Of a DNA stretch of 64,000 nt, positions 43,310 to 54,372 are shown piece after piece (the first letter of the stretch is position 1; each line of letters opens with the position of its first letter). The translations under genes and the position numbers were made by a program. The stretch covers positions 32,001-96,000 of the IMG/VR virus record IMGVR_UViG_3300046459_000427, one strand, 5' to 3'. Below the pieces are notes generated by a model that was not told where the DNA came from, ran no database searches, and was given only the letters and a program-made list of their open reading frames with translations. Source of the DNA: a virus.

Positions 43310-44787
43310 CAGCCGATCCCTCCGGTCATTGTGATGTTGGAGATGTTTCCGACCTTGGGGATCTCCCAGGCGCGGAAAACAACGTCGGCGGTGCCGGTCT
43401 GTGCGGCGTCGGCTCGGGCGATCATCGGGATGCTGGCGTAGCGCACGCCGTCGACCGCGAGCAGGGCCTTGTAGAAGTCGGAGAGGGTCAGGCGCATACC
43501 GAAGTCGACGTTGGCGAACGACAGCATGTTCTTGAGCGCCTGCTGCGCGTCGTAGAGGACGGAGGCCCGGGAGTAGCGGGGCCAGCACTCGATGACGATG
43601 GGCGCGGAGGAGGTGCCGATGTTCACGCCGACCACGGTGGGGCCCGCAACGGTGACGTTGGCTCCGGCCAGCGCCTTGGACTGGAGTGTGCTCTGGACGT
43701 TCTGAAGGTTGGTCGTGCTGGGCTGTCCGCCGTCGGAGCCGATGACGTAGACAGAGACGCTGGTGTAGGTCGAGGCGACCGCGTTGGCGCGCACGATGCC
43801 GGGGATGGTCAGTGCCAGGTCGGAGAAGTCCTGGAGGGTGACACAGCGGTCCTGGGTGCGGAAGATGCGCGGGGCGTTGGCTCGGATCTGATCGTTGGTC
43901 TCGGGGTCGGCACCGCCGGTCATGACCGAGGAGATCGCACTACCGTCCGTGTCCTGGGCGATGGTGACGCCCGGCAGGTTGGAGGCAGACAGGGCGTTGA
44001 CCACGCCTGCATTGACGTTGCCGATCGCTCCTCCGCCCACGCGGTAGGTCGCGTAGACGGTCAACTGGTTCGTCGGGATGGCACCGTTGAGGTTGTCGCC
44101 GAAGCGGACCCACGTGGCGCCGGAGTCGTCCAGGAACGTCGTGAAGACACGGTCGGAGGGGTCGGCGTCGACCAGGTACGTGATGTACGTCCACTCGGTC
44201 AGGGTGCCGACGTCATCCACGAAGACCTGCACGGTGCCGTTGATGACGGGCACGTCGGGCAACCGGAACTCCTGCACGGGCAGGCCCGAGCTGGTGCCGA
44301 TGTTGACCTGGGTGCGGGTGACGCCCTGGGTGACCGGGACCGTGGCCTTGCCACCGTTGACGGGCACGAGGATGTCCGAGTCGGTCTCGTACGTGATCGG
44401 GGCGTCGATGGACTCGATGTAGTCCGTGACGACCTGGGTGCCCGCAGGCACGAGGACGGCCGGGCCCGGGTTGGACGTCTGGAGGGTGACCGTGCCGGTG
44501 GCCGGGACGCCGTTGCTCGGGGTGTAGCCGAGCAGGTCGGCTATCTGGAGCAGCGAGAGGCGCTGCGTAGCGGTCGGCAGGAACGCTTCCTGCTGGAGCC
44601 GGTCGCCGTAGTAGGACAGGCTGTCTCCGAGGTAGGAGAACAGCTCGATGAGGAGCACACCGAAGTCGCCTTCGGAGCTGGGCACCCACTGCGGGAACTT
44701 GCGGGCGGCGTAGTCCAGCAGGGAGGCCTTGAAGCCTTCGTAGTCCCTGCTGGTGTAGTCGATCGCCGGGACGTCTGGGCTAGCCAC
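43309..44787 (-). CDS. baseplate J-like wedge protein
   Basis: IDYTSRDYE, DFGVLLIELF, GGADPET...IRANAP, RCVTLQDF. Confidence 0.92.
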   Translation of the reverse strand: MASPDVPAIDYTSRDYEGFKASLLDYAARKFPQWVPSSEGDFGVLLIELFSYLGDSLSYYGDRLQQEAFLPTATQRLSLLQIADLLGYTPSNGVPATGTVTLQTSNPGPAVLVPAGTQVVTDYIESIDAPITYETDSDILVPVNGGKATVPVTQGVTRTQVNIGTSSGLPVQEFRLPDVPVINGTVQVFVDDVGTLTEWTYITYLVDADPSDRVFTTFLDDSGATWVRFGDNLNGAIPTNQLTVYATYRVGGGAIGNVNAGVVNALSASNLPGVTIAQDTDGSAISSVMTGGADPETNDQIRANAPRIFRTQDRCVTLQDFSDLALTIPGIVRANAVASTYTSVSVYVIGSDGGQPSTTNLQNVQSTLQSKALAGANVTVAGPTVVGVNIGTSSAPIVIECWPRYSRASVLYDAQQALKNMLSFANVDFGMRLTLSDFYKALLAVDGVRYASIPMIARADAAQTGTADVVFRAWEIPKVGNISNITMTGGIG

Positions 44788-45199
44788 TGATGACCTCGCT
44801 TACGGTGCCGCCCACACGCACTACAGCGGTGTTGGTCTGGAGCGACAGGCTGGATGGGGACGACCCGGACTCGCGGCGCATGTAGTCGACCTCGATACGT
44901 GCGAGGGACAACTGGGAGGCGTCCGGAATCGGAGTCGCCTTCTGGAGCACCACGCCGGGCTCATACGTATTGAACGCGCCCGTCACGGCGCGGCTGATTT
45001 CCTGAGCGACAAAGGACGCATCAGGGTCGAAAAGCAGATCAGCCACGGGAACCCCGTAATCCGGGAGCATGACCCGCTCCCCCGGCTGAGTGCCGACGAG
45101 TGCGTGTACATGCTGGGCGATCTGCCTGTCCGGACTCGTCTCGACGGCGATAGTCCCGTCGGACGCTAGGCGAAATGGAACTGCAATCTCGGTAGGCAT
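44780..45199 (-). CDS. gp25-like baseplate wedge protein
   Basis: LVGTQPGERVMLPDYG...LLFDP...YEP. Confidence 0.9.
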   Translation of the reverse strand: MPTEIAVPFRLASDGTIAVETSPDRQIAQHVHALVGTQPGERVMLPDYGVPVADLLFDPDASFVAQEISRAVTGAFNTYEPGVVLQKATPIPDASQLSLARIEVDYMRRESGSSPSSLSLQTNTAVVRVGGTVSEVISG

Positions 45200-45249
45200 G
45201 CTTGCATTCTCCCAGGAATGCCTACCGAGATTGCAGTTCCGGTTTCAGG

Positions 45250-45549
45250 TCAGAAACCGGGGAACGCTACAGCGGCGTCCGCGAGCACCTGGTCGTTCTC
45301 CGCCGCGATGTCGGCGTCGACCTGCTGCCGGGCTGCGTTGTAGTCCTGTGCGGCCTCGTTGTATCGAGGAGCAGCCGCGTTCTGGTTGACGTTCTGCTCC
45401 CACGAGATCCAGTTGTCTCGCACGTATGCCGTGAAGGCGTGCGCCACCAGTTCTGCGTCGCCCAACTGGCTGTCCGGGTAGGTGCCGTGGAAAGCGGCGG
45501 CGATACGCAGCCAGTACTCGTCGGGGACGGTGATCGTGATGTCTGCCAT
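45250..45549 (-). CDS. small protein after spike gene (possible chaperone)
   Basis: 99 aa ORF with GAGGA RBS. Confidence 0.65.
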   Translation of the reverse strand: MADITITVPDEYWLRIAAAFHGTYPDSQLGDAELVAHAFTAYVRDNWISWEQNVNQNAAAPRYNEAAQDYNAARQQVDADIAAENDQVLADAAVAFPGF

Positions 45550-45561
45550 GAAGGAAGGTCC

Positions 45562-48500
45562 TCACTTGCTGTATGTGATGCGCAACTGCGGCGGGTGGGC
45601 GCCTCCGAAACCGTCGAAGCCTCCGTAATAGGTTTTGTTCGTACTAGTACCGAGGTCGCCACCCAGAGTAATTCCACGATACGGGGTTGCCGCGTTCCAA
45701 GATGAATTCCAGGACGAAGGCAGCGTGACCCACTTACCCGCGCCTACCGGCCACGAGGCGACTGTGAGGTTGCCGCTGTATGTGGACGACGTCTGGGCGG
45801 ATGTCTGCGAGTGCGCGCCGATATGCGCGGTACCGCCAGCGTTGTAGTACCAGTGGTTGGCGTAGAGGTACACCTCGACCTTGGACACTTTCGCCGTGGA
45901 TCCCATATCGGTGTACGGCTGAGTACCGAATCCCACCATCGACTTCTGTGTGCCCCAGGTGTCGGAGTAGTAGCCCTGGTACATTGCGCCGTCGGTGTAT
46001 CCGGCGTTTCCGTACCTGCGGGACCAGAGCGCCTTGTATGTCTTGGTGTACGTCTTGACCGCCGTGACTGCCGCTCCGCCTGTGTTGTAGATGCCGCCCT
46101 CGTGCTGGGCTGGGCCGACGTCCTCGACGTAGAAGTCCGAGGATTGCGCGATGCTGTAGTTGCGCAGTCCCCAGCCCGTGGCGTTGCCCGAGTGCTTGGC
46201 GCCGACCCACAGGAGTCGGTGATCGCCGGGTGCCAGAGCCGAGGTCGCTCCGTAAAGGGCACCTGCGTCGGATGAGCACACGATGATGCCTTCGACCGCA
46301 CAGGTGTTGTCCGTGCCAGCGCCGTCGTAGAACGTGTAGATGTGTCGGGCAATGGTCGGGTCGGTGACCTTCGGGCTTGCCCCGTTCGGTGTGACGGTCG
46401 TGCAGCCGTTCACAGACAGCGTCGTGCCGGAGGCGTTGATGTAGTTCTCCATCGTCTGCAAGCCAGTTCCGCCGTTCATGTCGAACTGCGAGCGGGCGAC
46501 GATGCGGTACATCCGCCCCTCGACGGCCGTGAAGGCCAGCTCGATGATGCCGGTGTCGGTCGTGTAGTAGGTCGTCGAGGTCGGCTTGTTCGTCCAGCCG
46601 CGCTCGTAGGTGACGATGCCCCACGGCATGTTCCACAGCAGGTCGGACAGTTCCTTGCCCTGGTACCAGATCTGTCCGGTGGGGTCGTCGGACACCGCCG
46701 TTTCGGGTCGGGGAGGTGTCCAGATGGAAGTGAAGGTGCCCACACCGTTGGGGTCGATGGCGGCTGCTCCGGCCGCGAACGTGGCGTAGGAGTTGGCCGT
46801 GGACAACTCGGTAGTCAGGTTGCCGTCGGGGCCGTACAGGCGAAGACCACCCGGGGAGATGTCCGTGGCGCCGTAGCCCTCCCGCATGACGAGGATGTCG
46901 TCCACGGTCAGCCAGGACCAGAGCGTCGTCGACCCTCCGAACGATCCGGGGTTGATCTGGGTGAAGGAGACCCTTCCCCACAACGCGCCGGTCGGGATGA
47001 TGACCTCGGCCTGGTCCTCGGTGTACGGGACGGCGGAGATGGAGACATCGTTGGCTCCGGCGATCTGGTCGGTCCAGGTGACCTTGTCCACGCTCGTCTC
47101 GAAGTTCACCTTGAGACGGCCGGAGCCGGAATACCAGTAGCGGCACATGTAGGTGTCGCCCGCGACGACCGGGAAGGGGTCGCTGGTGACTGTCGCGGTG
47201 CCGGTGTTCATCACGCCGAGCGATGCCTTGCCCTGGCCGGTACGCGCTGCCGCCGAGCCTTCCCCGACCTCGATCTTGGCGGACGTTGCGGCTCCGCTGG
47301 AGTCGCTCTGGGTGAGCGTCCAGCCCTTCTTGGAGGTGTCCTCGAAGCCGGGGTTGGTGACCAGGTTGCCGGACACCGTGCCCAGGGTCAGGTGCGAGGC
47401 GTTGACGTTGCCCAGGCTGATGTTGCTGGAGTTGACCTGCCCGGTCTCGACTACCTCGATGGTGAACATGTCCATCTCCGCCGTGCCGGTACCCCCGCTG
47501 TAGTTCAGGTACAGGCAGGGGCTGATGTACTTCACGTTCTGGTGCAGTGTGCCCGGGGCGGTCGGGTTGGGGTACGGGCGGTTGCTGGTCACGGTACTGG
47601 AGGTGCCCTTGATGTAGCCGGTGTACAACGCCCACCCGGAGCCCGTCGTGAGAGTGGTACCTTGCGCGGCGACGTAGAACTGGCTGGATACGGTGTTCAG
47701 CCCGGTGGCGTTGACCAGGGTCACGCCGTCGGCTGCGATGCCCGTGACACCTGCGTAGAAGCCCTGAGCGCTGCCGGGTGTGGCGTTGTTGACGGTCTGC
47801 CTCACACGGCAGGTGACGCGGTAGGTGACGCTCGGGTCGAAGGGCACGAGCAGGTCCGGGCGGTAGGCACCCTGGATGTATCCGGTTGCGCGCATGACGG
47901 CGCCACCGGAGGCCGCGTCGGTGACGCTGACCGAGGTCAGGGTGCCGGTGCTGTTGCTGTTCTTCCACTTGCTGGCGTTGGCGCCGAAGTCGTAGAACTT
48001 CTGGCCGACCATGCCCTGAAGCCCAGCCGACAGCTTGTCGACGGTGAGTGTGCCGACCTTGATGGATCCGGCGTCCAGGTTGGTGACGTTGACGAGGCTG
48101 GCGTCGAGCGTGCCGGTCTTCATCTTGGACGCGTCCAGGGAGGCGATGATGCCGGACTCGGCCGTGAGCGTCCCGACGGCCATTTGGTTGGCGGTGACCG
48201 AGTTCGCGGCAATGTCGGCGGTGCCAGCCTGCTTGGCCGTACCGGAGTTCGCTGCGGACGGCGCCGAAGCGATGGCGACCTTGGAGTAGGAGACCAGCCG
48301 GTAGTTGTAGGCGGAGGCGTAGTTCTGGACGGAGTCGTAGAGGAAGTCCGGTCCGGGCAGGGTGCCGACGACGACCGGGTTGGAGAATGCCGGGTCGGTG
48401 TCGCGCTGCACCTGTACGTGGGAGAAGATCGCGGGCATCGCGAACCCGGAGGCGTCCTTGCCATCCCAGGTGACCCGCAGGCCGCCGAGCACACCGGTAA

Positions 48501-49143
48501 CCCCCGGCGCAGAGGGCACTGGGGGCGGCGTCGAGGAGGAGGCGCTGGTGATGTTGCCCGAGGCCCACAGGGAGGCGTTGCTGGAGTTGTCGACTGCCTG
48601 CACGCGGACCGTGACGTCCACGCCGGTATGAAGCCCGTCGAGGACGACGAGGGTGTCCTGGGTGACCTGTCCCCCGGACCAGTTCGTGCCGTCGTAGGAC
48701 ACCTGGAGGACGTAGTGGGAGAGGTCGGTGAGGTTGGTACCGTCCTGGTTCTCCGTCGGCGCGGTCCAGCTCGCCTGTATGCGTGCCAGGGTCGAGCCCT
48801 CGGTGGTGACGTACTGCACCGTGGTAAGGGTCAGCGCGGTCGGTTCCTTGGGCGGCAGACCGTCCAGGGTGTCGCCGGTCGGCAGGCCGTCGACTGCGTC
48901 CTGAACGTCCTTGATGCCCAGCGGGGAGTAGACCGGCTTGGTGAGGTCACCGCCGGAGAACTGAACCCACAGGGTCTGCCCGACCGGGGGCACCGTGTTC
49001 GTCGGGGATGCCGGGACGGCCCAGGCGCTTTCCGCGCTTCCCAGGACCTGGGGAATCAGCAGGGTAACCCGTGCCTCATTCAGCGGGTCCTGGTTATTGG
49101 AAACACTTCCCCGGTACATGCCCAGTATCGGCTCAGCCGACAT
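45562..49143 (-). CDS. baseplate spike/fibre: gp5/VgrG OB-fold fused to FN3 and carbohydrate-binding-like domains
   Basis: GMYRGSVSNNQDPLNEARV...PPVGQTLWVQFSGGD...PVY; FN3-like repeats; NLVTNPGFE. Confidence 0.8.
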   Translation of the reverse strand: MSAEPILGMYRGSVSNNQDPLNEARVTLLIPQVLGSAESAWAVPASPTNTVPPVGQTLWVQFSGGDLTKPVYSPLGIKDVQDAVDGLPTGDTLDGLPPKEPTALTLTTVQYVTTEGSTLARIQASWTAPTENQDGTNLTDLSHYVLQVSYDGTNWSGGQVTQDTLVVLDGLHTGVDVTVRVQAVDNSSNASLWASGNITSASSSTPPPVPSAPGVTGVLGGLRVTWDGKDASGFAMPAIFSHVQVQRDTDPAFSNPVVVGTLPGPDFLYDSVQNYASAYNYRLVSYSKVAIASAPSAANSGTAKQAGTADIAANSVTANQMAVGTLTAESGIIASLDASKMKTGTLDASLVNVTNLDAGSIKVGTLTVDKLSAGLQGMVGQKFYDFGANASKWKNSNSTGTLTSVSVTDAASGGAVMRATGYIQGAYRPDLLVPFDPSVTYRVTCRVRQTVNNATPGSAQGFYAGVTGIAADGVTLVNATGLNTVSSQFYVAAQGTTLTTGSGWALYTGYIKGTSSTVTSNRPYPNPTAPGTLHQNVKYISPCLYLNYSGGTGTAEMDMFTIEVVETGQVNSSNISLGNVNASHLTLGTVSGNLVTNPGFEDTSKKGWTLTQSDSSGAATSAKIEVGEGSAAARTGQGKASLGVMNTGTATVTSDPFPVVAGDTYMCRYWYSGSGRLKVNFETSVDKVTWTDQIAGANDVSISAVPYTEDQAEVIIPTGALWGRVSFTQINPGSFGGSTTLWSWLTVDDILVMREGYGATDISPGGLRLYGPDGNLTTELSTANSYATFAAGAAAIDPNGVGTFTSIWTPPRPETAVSDDPTGQIWYQGKELSDLLWNMPWGIVTYERGWTNKPTSTTYYTTDTGIIELAFTAVEGRMYRIVARSQFDMNGGTGLQTMENYINASGTTLSVNGCTTVTPNGASPKVTDPTIARHIYTFYDGAGTDNTCAVEGIIVCSSDAGALYGATSALAPGDHRLLWVGAKHSGNATGWGLRNYSIAQSSDFYVEDVGPAQHEGGIYNTGGAAVTAVKTYTKTYKALWSRRYGNAGYTDGAMYQGYYSDTWGTQKSMVGFGTQPYTDMGSTAKVSKVEVYLYANHWYYNAGGTAHIGAHSQTSAQTSSTYSGNLTVASWPVGAGKWVTLPSSWNSSWNAATPYRGITLGGDLGTSTNKTYYGGFDGFGGAHPPQLRITYSK

Positions 49144-50281
49144 TGATATCCTCCAGAAGGCTCGACTCCCAGAACTGCTTGTTTCTCAGAACAGCCGGGA
49201 CGCTGTCGAACTTGAATCGCTTGTTCGCATCGCTTCGGAATGTTACCGCGTAGGGCTGGTCCCTTTCCGCATCCACCGTGGTGGTGAACATCAATCCGGA
49301 GTTGCTCTTGTCCCGGTTGATGAGGTGCTTCGTACCAGTCACCATCCAACGGCCCGCACGGTCCGAAGACAGCGCACTTCCGGTGACGGTCACCAGCGTT
49401 CCCGGCGCAACCTTCGCTGTGCCGTACAGCGTGGCCTCCATGGTGATCCAGCCTCGTGAAGCAAGCGTGCGGGCTTCCATCAGCGCCTGCGCGTCCGCGT
49501 AGTTGTCGACCGCTCTGGCGGTGGTTATGGAGTTGAGGAACGCAGCCGTTCCCGTATTCGCCGCAGACGACGCCTTGACGACCCGCCCCGTCTTCGCGTC
49601 GAGGCCGGAAATGCTGCTCGTTCCCGCTGTCCCGTTCTCGCGGGGAATCATGGTGCCGGTAAGGATCGACAAATCCCGGAGGGTGTCCAGCACTCCCGGC
49701 TTCTGGTTCTTGTAGAACACGGGAATGTTCTGCGTGCGCTGGCCCAGCAGAAGAATGCGCGGGTCGAGGAAGTACAGCGTCGTCCCTTCGACCCAGAACC
49801 GGAAACCTACTTCGTTCGCCAGATCCTGGAGGAGTTTGAAATCACTCTGCCCGCTCTGCGCCCAGTAGGTGAGCCTGCGGGTGGACGGAGAGATGACGGT
49901 GCGCAGTCCGTTCTGGCGACCGACCTGGCGGGCGATGGAGGTGGGGCTTACGTTCTTCCACGACCGTGTGCGCTGGATGTTCAGCGGCAGGCTGGTGCCG
50001 ATGCACACGTACCGCGTAGTGACCGACGTGGTGCCATGACTGGCCACGACGCTGGAGTGGTGCACGTAGCCGTACCAGCGGACGATGTCGTTGGGGCTGC
50101 GGCCGTAGTCGAGCACGACGGGAGCCAGCTCGGGGTAGGCGGTGCTGGCCGCGCCGGTCGTCACGTCCACGATCGCCATGGAGTGCGTGCCGTAACTCTC
50201 GCGGACTTCGACTCGGTTGATGAAGTTGTTGATCCGGGTGCCGGAGATGGTCAGGGCTGTGAAGGGGGTCGGCTCAGGCAT
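49133..50281 (-). CDS. baseplate hub (gp27/GpD-like)
   Basis: QSGQSDFKLLQDLANEVGFRFWVEGTTLYF; position before spike. Confidence 0.8.
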   Translation of the reverse strand: MPEPTPFTALTISGTRINNFINRVEVRESYGTHSMAIVDVTTGAASTAYPELAPVVLDYGRSPNDIVRWYGYVHHSSVVASHGTTSVTTRYVCIGTSLPLNIQRTRSWKNVSPTSIARQVGRQNGLRTVISPSTRRLTYWAQSGQSDFKLLQDLANEVGFRFWVEGTTLYFLDPRILLLGQRTQNIPVFYKNQKPGVLDTLRDLSILTGTMIPRENGTAGTSSISGLDAKTGRVVKASSAANTGTAAFLNSITTARAVDNYADAQALMEARTLASRGWITMEATLYGTAKVAPGTLVTVTGSALSSDRAGRWMVTGTKHLINRDKSNSGLMFTTTVDAERDQPYAVTFRSDANKRFKFDSVPAVLRNKQFWESSLLEDINVG

Positions 50282-50546
50282 TCGGGATCCTTATGACCTG
50301 CCCCGGGATCAGGACGGACCAGTCGAGCACCTCGGGGTTGGCGTCCGCGATGCTCCACCACAGCCGGGCGTCGCCGAAATACTGCACGGCCAGCAGGTCG
50401 ATGCGGTCGGAGCCGGTCAACTGGTGGTAGGTGAACTTGAACGACCACTCCCGCTGCTGCGACGGCACGACGGTGAGGTTCGTGCCCCGCCCGGAGGCGA
50501 TCAGAGCGAGAGCGGAGTCCGCGTACCGGGAGTTGGCGGAGATCAT
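50274..50546 (-). CDS. LysM/tail-X-like baseplate protein
   Basis: DRIDLLAVQYFGDARLWWSIADANP. Confidence 0.88.
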   Translation of the reverse strand: MISANSRYADSALALIASGRGTNLTVVPSQQREWSFKFTYHQLTGSDRIDLLAVQYFGDARLWWSIADANPEVLDWSVLIPGQVIRIPNA

Positions 50547-51301
50547 CGGCCAGCCTTTCCGTTTGCCCCACTGGCGAAGTCGTCCGGGGTCATCCCGGCG
50601 GGAAGCCTTCCGAAGGCCACGAATTCCCCGCCACCCTTCGGCTTCGGAAGGAGTTGCATGGTGATGCCTACCTGGCAGCGGGAGGGGATCATCTGCTGGT
50701 TCCAGTGGGTGTACTGGATATCGAGTTCCTGGATGACGCCGTAGTAGTTCAGGGTGTCGCCGACGACCAGGTAGACCGGGACGTACAGCATGGGCCCGGA
50801 CGCATCGAAACTGAACTGCCCCTTGCGGAACGAATCGGTGGAGTCACCCTTGGCGTCCGTGCCGTCCCCGCTTACCTTTACGGACGCGGAGATTCCCGTG
50901 ATCTTGTAGAGCATGGAAATATCCCAGCCCACACCGAGAGCAGGCACGAATACATTCTCCGCTCCGTACACCCGGGAGGAATCCCACATCTCGTAGGTAC
51001 GGTCGAAGAGCAAGTTGAACTGAACCGTCTGCTGCAACGGCATGAGGAATTCCCCCGCCGTCACGTCGTTAGGGTTGACGGCGTTCTCGTCCGCCAGCAG
51101 CCCCGGATTAACGGAGTGCGACACATTGAGGACGCTCGGGTTGTAGAGGAAGTTGCACCGGTAACGAATTCCGTCAACCGGCTTTTCCTGGATGATGAAT
51201 CCCCGGCTCAACTTCTTCCCGCCGCCAACAAGTGACTGAAGGCCAGGGAGTTTCGTTATCCGGGGGTCGAAGGAACCGTTGTCCTGGATCCTGGTAGCCA
51301 T
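50543..51301 (-). CDS. tail tube initiator-like protein
   Basis: FLYNPS, FNLLFDRT; position after tape measure. Confidence 0.7.
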   Translation of the reverse strand: MATRIQDNGSFDPRITKLPGLQSLVGGGKKLSRGFIIQEKPVDGIRYRCNFLYNPSVLNVSHSVNPGLLADENAVNPNDVTAGEFLMPLQQTVQFNLLFDRTYEMWDSSRVYGAENVFVPALGVGWDISMLYKITGISASVKVSGDGTDAKGDSTDSFRKGQFSFDASGPMLYVPVYLVVGDTLNYYGVIQELDIQYTHWNQQMIPSRCQVGITMQLLPKPKGGGEFVAFGRLPAGMTPDDFASGANGKAGR

Positions 51302-54300
51302 TAGTTACCTGCCGCGATGAGATTGATTCGATTGTCCTCGGCGATAGCGGTGATGATCTGCTGCGCAGCATCACGGGCCGACTGGGAATTCATAGCGCCC
51401 TGCACCTGCACGGTGATCGCACCGGCATTGAAATGCAGGGAGGCCGGACCGCTCTTGGAACCGAGGCCACCGACCCCATTGGTCAGCGGCGTGTTACCCG
51501 ACAGCGCGGCACGCACAGCCTCGGCCTGGTAGGCCGGAATGATCATCTCGCCCTTGTGGACGCGGGCCGTCTGGTCGACGTCGATGTTGGCCGAGCCGAC
51601 CGCGTACCCCCTGTAAGCACCACCGTTCGCCATGGCCTTGATGCCCGGCACGTTGTCCAGGGTCTTGTAGCGGGACTCCGCGTAGCGCACACCCGCGATG
51701 ATGTTGTCGACAGGGTTCCAGATGTCCTTGTGGCCCTTGAGCGAGTACGCGTTGAACGTCGAATCGATGGTCTGCATGATGCCCTTGGACGGGTGGCCCG
51801 CCTTGGCGTTGGAGTCCGTCTTGTTGATCGCGCGAGGGTTGCCGCCGGACTCGTACTTGATCATCGTGTTGACGATGGACTCGTTGTGCTTGGAGTCCTG
51901 CTTCAGGATCCCCAGCGCGCTCTTGATCCACTTGGCGACGTTGCCCTTGGGCATCGCACCCGTAGGCACACCACCGCTGGAGTCGTCGTCCGAGGACTCC
52001 TTCGACGTGGTCGATGCACCCGCTGTCTGGGCCGAGGAGATGCCCGACGCGATGGCATCGGCTTCCTCGACGGATCCGTACGAGCCGGTGTCCCCGCCGA
52101 AGCCCATGGTGGACAGCCGGTTGGAGCCGGACCCGGCGGTGTCCTCGGTGTCGCTGCCCACGTCGCTCATGCTGCCGACAGAGCCAAGGATCCGCACCGC
52201 GTTGGTGAACTCGCTCGGCCTGAAGGAGCGGACACGCACCACCGCGCCCGTGTGCGGGGCCTCGATGACCTTGCCACCACCTATGCACATCACGACGTGG
52301 TGCGCAGGGTCACCGTTGAACAGCAGGTCACCAGCGCGCACGTCGCTCAACTTGACCCTCTTACCCGCCCGCTGCTGCTGCGCGGCCGTGCGGGGCAGGC
52401 TCACACCGATCTGCTTGAACGAGTACATGAGCAGGCCGGAGCAGTCGAAGCCCTTCGGCGTCGAGCCACCCCAGACGTACTTCACACCCAAGTACTTCAT
52501 GGCGACCTTGATGACGGCGGAAGCCGTCTTTCCTGCGCCCGACGTACCCGTGGCCTTCGCACCGGACGTCTTGCTACCGGTCTTCGCAGCGGCGCCACCA
52601 GCCGTAGCACCACCGAAGAAGTTGCTGACGATGCCAGTGCCCGCGCCGATCACTCCGCCGACCGCAGCACCCACACCGGTACCGATGACGGGAACGATGG
52701 AACCGATGGCGGCACCAGCGAGCGCACCAGTACCCGCGTCCACGGCTACATGGCCCCACTTGTTGCCGGTCGAGTCCTTCTTGCTGACCTTGTCGACTAC
52801 CTTCGAGCCGAAGTGGTGGGTGAGGTACGCGCCAATACCGAAGCCACCAGCAGCACCCAGCGCGGCACCGGACAGGTCCAGTGCACCCATCGCCGCGCCA
52901 CCCATGCCACCCAGGCGGCCCAGCATGCCGCCAGCACCCGCTGCACCGCCTGCGCCACCACCTCCGCCCAGCAGTCCGCTGCCGAGCCTCGCAGCCCCCG
53001 TGAGGCCGCGTACAGCGCCCCAGGCACCGACACCGGCACCGAGGCTGGAACCGAGCACCGAACTGGCACCACCGAGCATCCCCATGCCGGTTGACGCCCC
53101 GGTCGCCTTGAGGACTCCCTGGAGCGCGGTGGAGAACATGTCCAGGTACTTCGTCGCCGTCTGAAGGCCTTCAGTGAAGCCGTCATTCTCGTTGACGTCC
53201 TGGTTGCGCAAGGTGCCAGCGCGGGTCATCAGGGTGTTGGCCGTGGACCCGCCGATGCCCATCTTCCCGAGCGCCGACTGCGCGGAGTTCTTCTCCTCCT
53301 GCGTCTTGCCGTTGTCACGCTTGTTGGCCAGGCTGACGTAGGTCTGAGCGGAACCGCCGGAGACCTGCGCCAGCATCATGCCCTTCAGTTCACCCCGGAC
53401 AAGTTCGAGGGTGTTGGGGTCAAGACTCTGCGCCAGCGACTGCATGATGCCGGACTGGTTGTTGTCGAGCGTCCCGGCGATCTGGGCCTTGGTCTTCAGT
53501 TTCTTCAGGTCAGGCCACCGCGCCAGCGCCTGCTGGGCGATCTGTCGCGGGGACTGCTTCTGCCCGTTCTTGATCGTCGAGATGCCGATGGCCTGCATGC
53601 CGTAGTACGAGCCTGCCGACCATGCGGCGGCCGTTCCCTGGGCGCGCTGCGTCTCGGTCATGCCCGGGTTCATGTAGCCCGAGGTGCCCTTGACGTAGTT
53701 CCACTGCTGGTTGAACGAGGTCGAGCCAGCCGACAGACCGCTACGGGTCATCAAGCCATAGGCCGTCGAAGCATCCTGCGTCGACTGGGCGGTGAAGTTG
53801 TTCTTGAAGGCCTGGTCCCGCAACGTGTGCCAGGACGAGGAAGAGCCCTGCGCGGCCTGGTAGGCGGTCGTCTGCATGACCACCTGGTCAGGCAGCTTCT
53901 TCTGACCCCACGCGACAACGCTGGACAGCGTGCTCTTGAGGCCGCCATTGTTCGAGCGCGTGCCACCGTTGTTGGCCGAACCACCGCCCAGACGCGGGGA
54001 GTTGGAGCCAGAACCGCCGTTGCTACCGCCCTGGTTACCGCCTTGGCCACCGTTGTTGGCTGCGCCACCACCCTGGGATCCGGACGTCGAGAAGCGGGCT
54101 CCACCTCCGTTGCCGGTAGGCGAGCCCAGACGACCCTGACCCGGCCCCTGACCACCGTTGGTGCGGCCGAAGGAGTAGTTGCTGGTTCCGTTCCAGATAT
54201 CGCCCAGCGCAAGGCCGAGACCCCGGGAGCGGGACATCTGCCCGACCCCGGTGTTGACGCCCTTGAGACCCTTATTCAGGTCATTGATGGTGCGCGTAAG

Positions 54301-54372
54301 GGCAGAGATCGCATCCTGGGCATTGTTCCAACCCAAGAGCGGTCCCTGCCCCGCCACGTTGTTGCTAGCCAT
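51301..54372 (-). CDS. tape measure protein with NlpC/P60 and SLT domains
   Basis: Gly/Ala-rich body; YVWGG...FDCSGL...HVVM; YESGGNPRAIN...GIMQ; ATG 54372. Confidence 0.9.
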   Translation of the reverse strand: MASNNVAGQGPLLGWNNAQDAISALTRTINDLNKGLKGVNTGVGQMSRSRGLGLALGDIWNGTSNYSFGRTNGGQGPGQGRLGSPTGNGGGARFSTSGSQGGGAANNGGQGGNQGGSNGGSGSNSPRLGGGSANNGGTRSNNGGLKSTLSSVVAWGQKKLPDQVVMQTTAYQAAQGSSSSWHTLRDQAFKNNFTAQSTQDASTAYGLMTRSGLSAGSTSFNQQWNYVKGTSGYMNPGMTETQRAQGTAAAWSAGSYYGMQAIGISTIKNGQKQSPRQIAQQALARWPDLKKLKTKAQIAGTLDNNQSGIMQSLAQSLDPNTLELVRGELKGMMLAQVSGGSAQTYVSLANKRDNGKTQEEKNSAQSALGKMGIGGSTANTLMTRAGTLRNQDVNENDGFTEGLQTATKYLDMFSTALQGVLKATGASTGMGMLGGASSVLGSSLGAGVGAWGAVRGLTGAARLGSGLLGGGGGAGGAAGAGGMLGRLGGMGGAAMGALDLSGAALGAAGGFGIGAYLTHHFGSKVVDKVSKKDSTGNKWGHVAVDAGTGALAGAAIGSIVPVIGTGVGAAVGGVIGAGTGIVSNFFGGATAGGAAAKTGSKTSGAKATGTSGAGKTASAVIKVAMKYLGVKYVWGGSTPKGFDCSGLLMYSFKQIGVSLPRTAAQQQRAGKRVKLSDVRAGDLLFNGDPAHHVVMCIGGGKVIEAPHTGAVVRVRSFRPSEFTNAVRILGSVGSMSDVGSDTEDTAGSGSNRLSTMGFGGDTGSYGSVEEADAIASGISSAQTAGASTTSKESSDDDSSGGVPTGAMPKGNVAKWIKSALGILKQDSKHNESIVNTMIKYESGGNPRAINKTDSNAKAGHPSKGIMQTIDSTFNAYSLKGHKDIWNPVDNIIAGVRYAESRYKTLDNVPGIKAMANGGAYRGYAVGSANIDVDQTARVHKGEMIIPAYQAEAVRAALSGNTPLTNGVGGLGSKSGPASLHFNAGAITVQVQGAMNSQSARDAAQQIITAIAEDNRINLIAAGN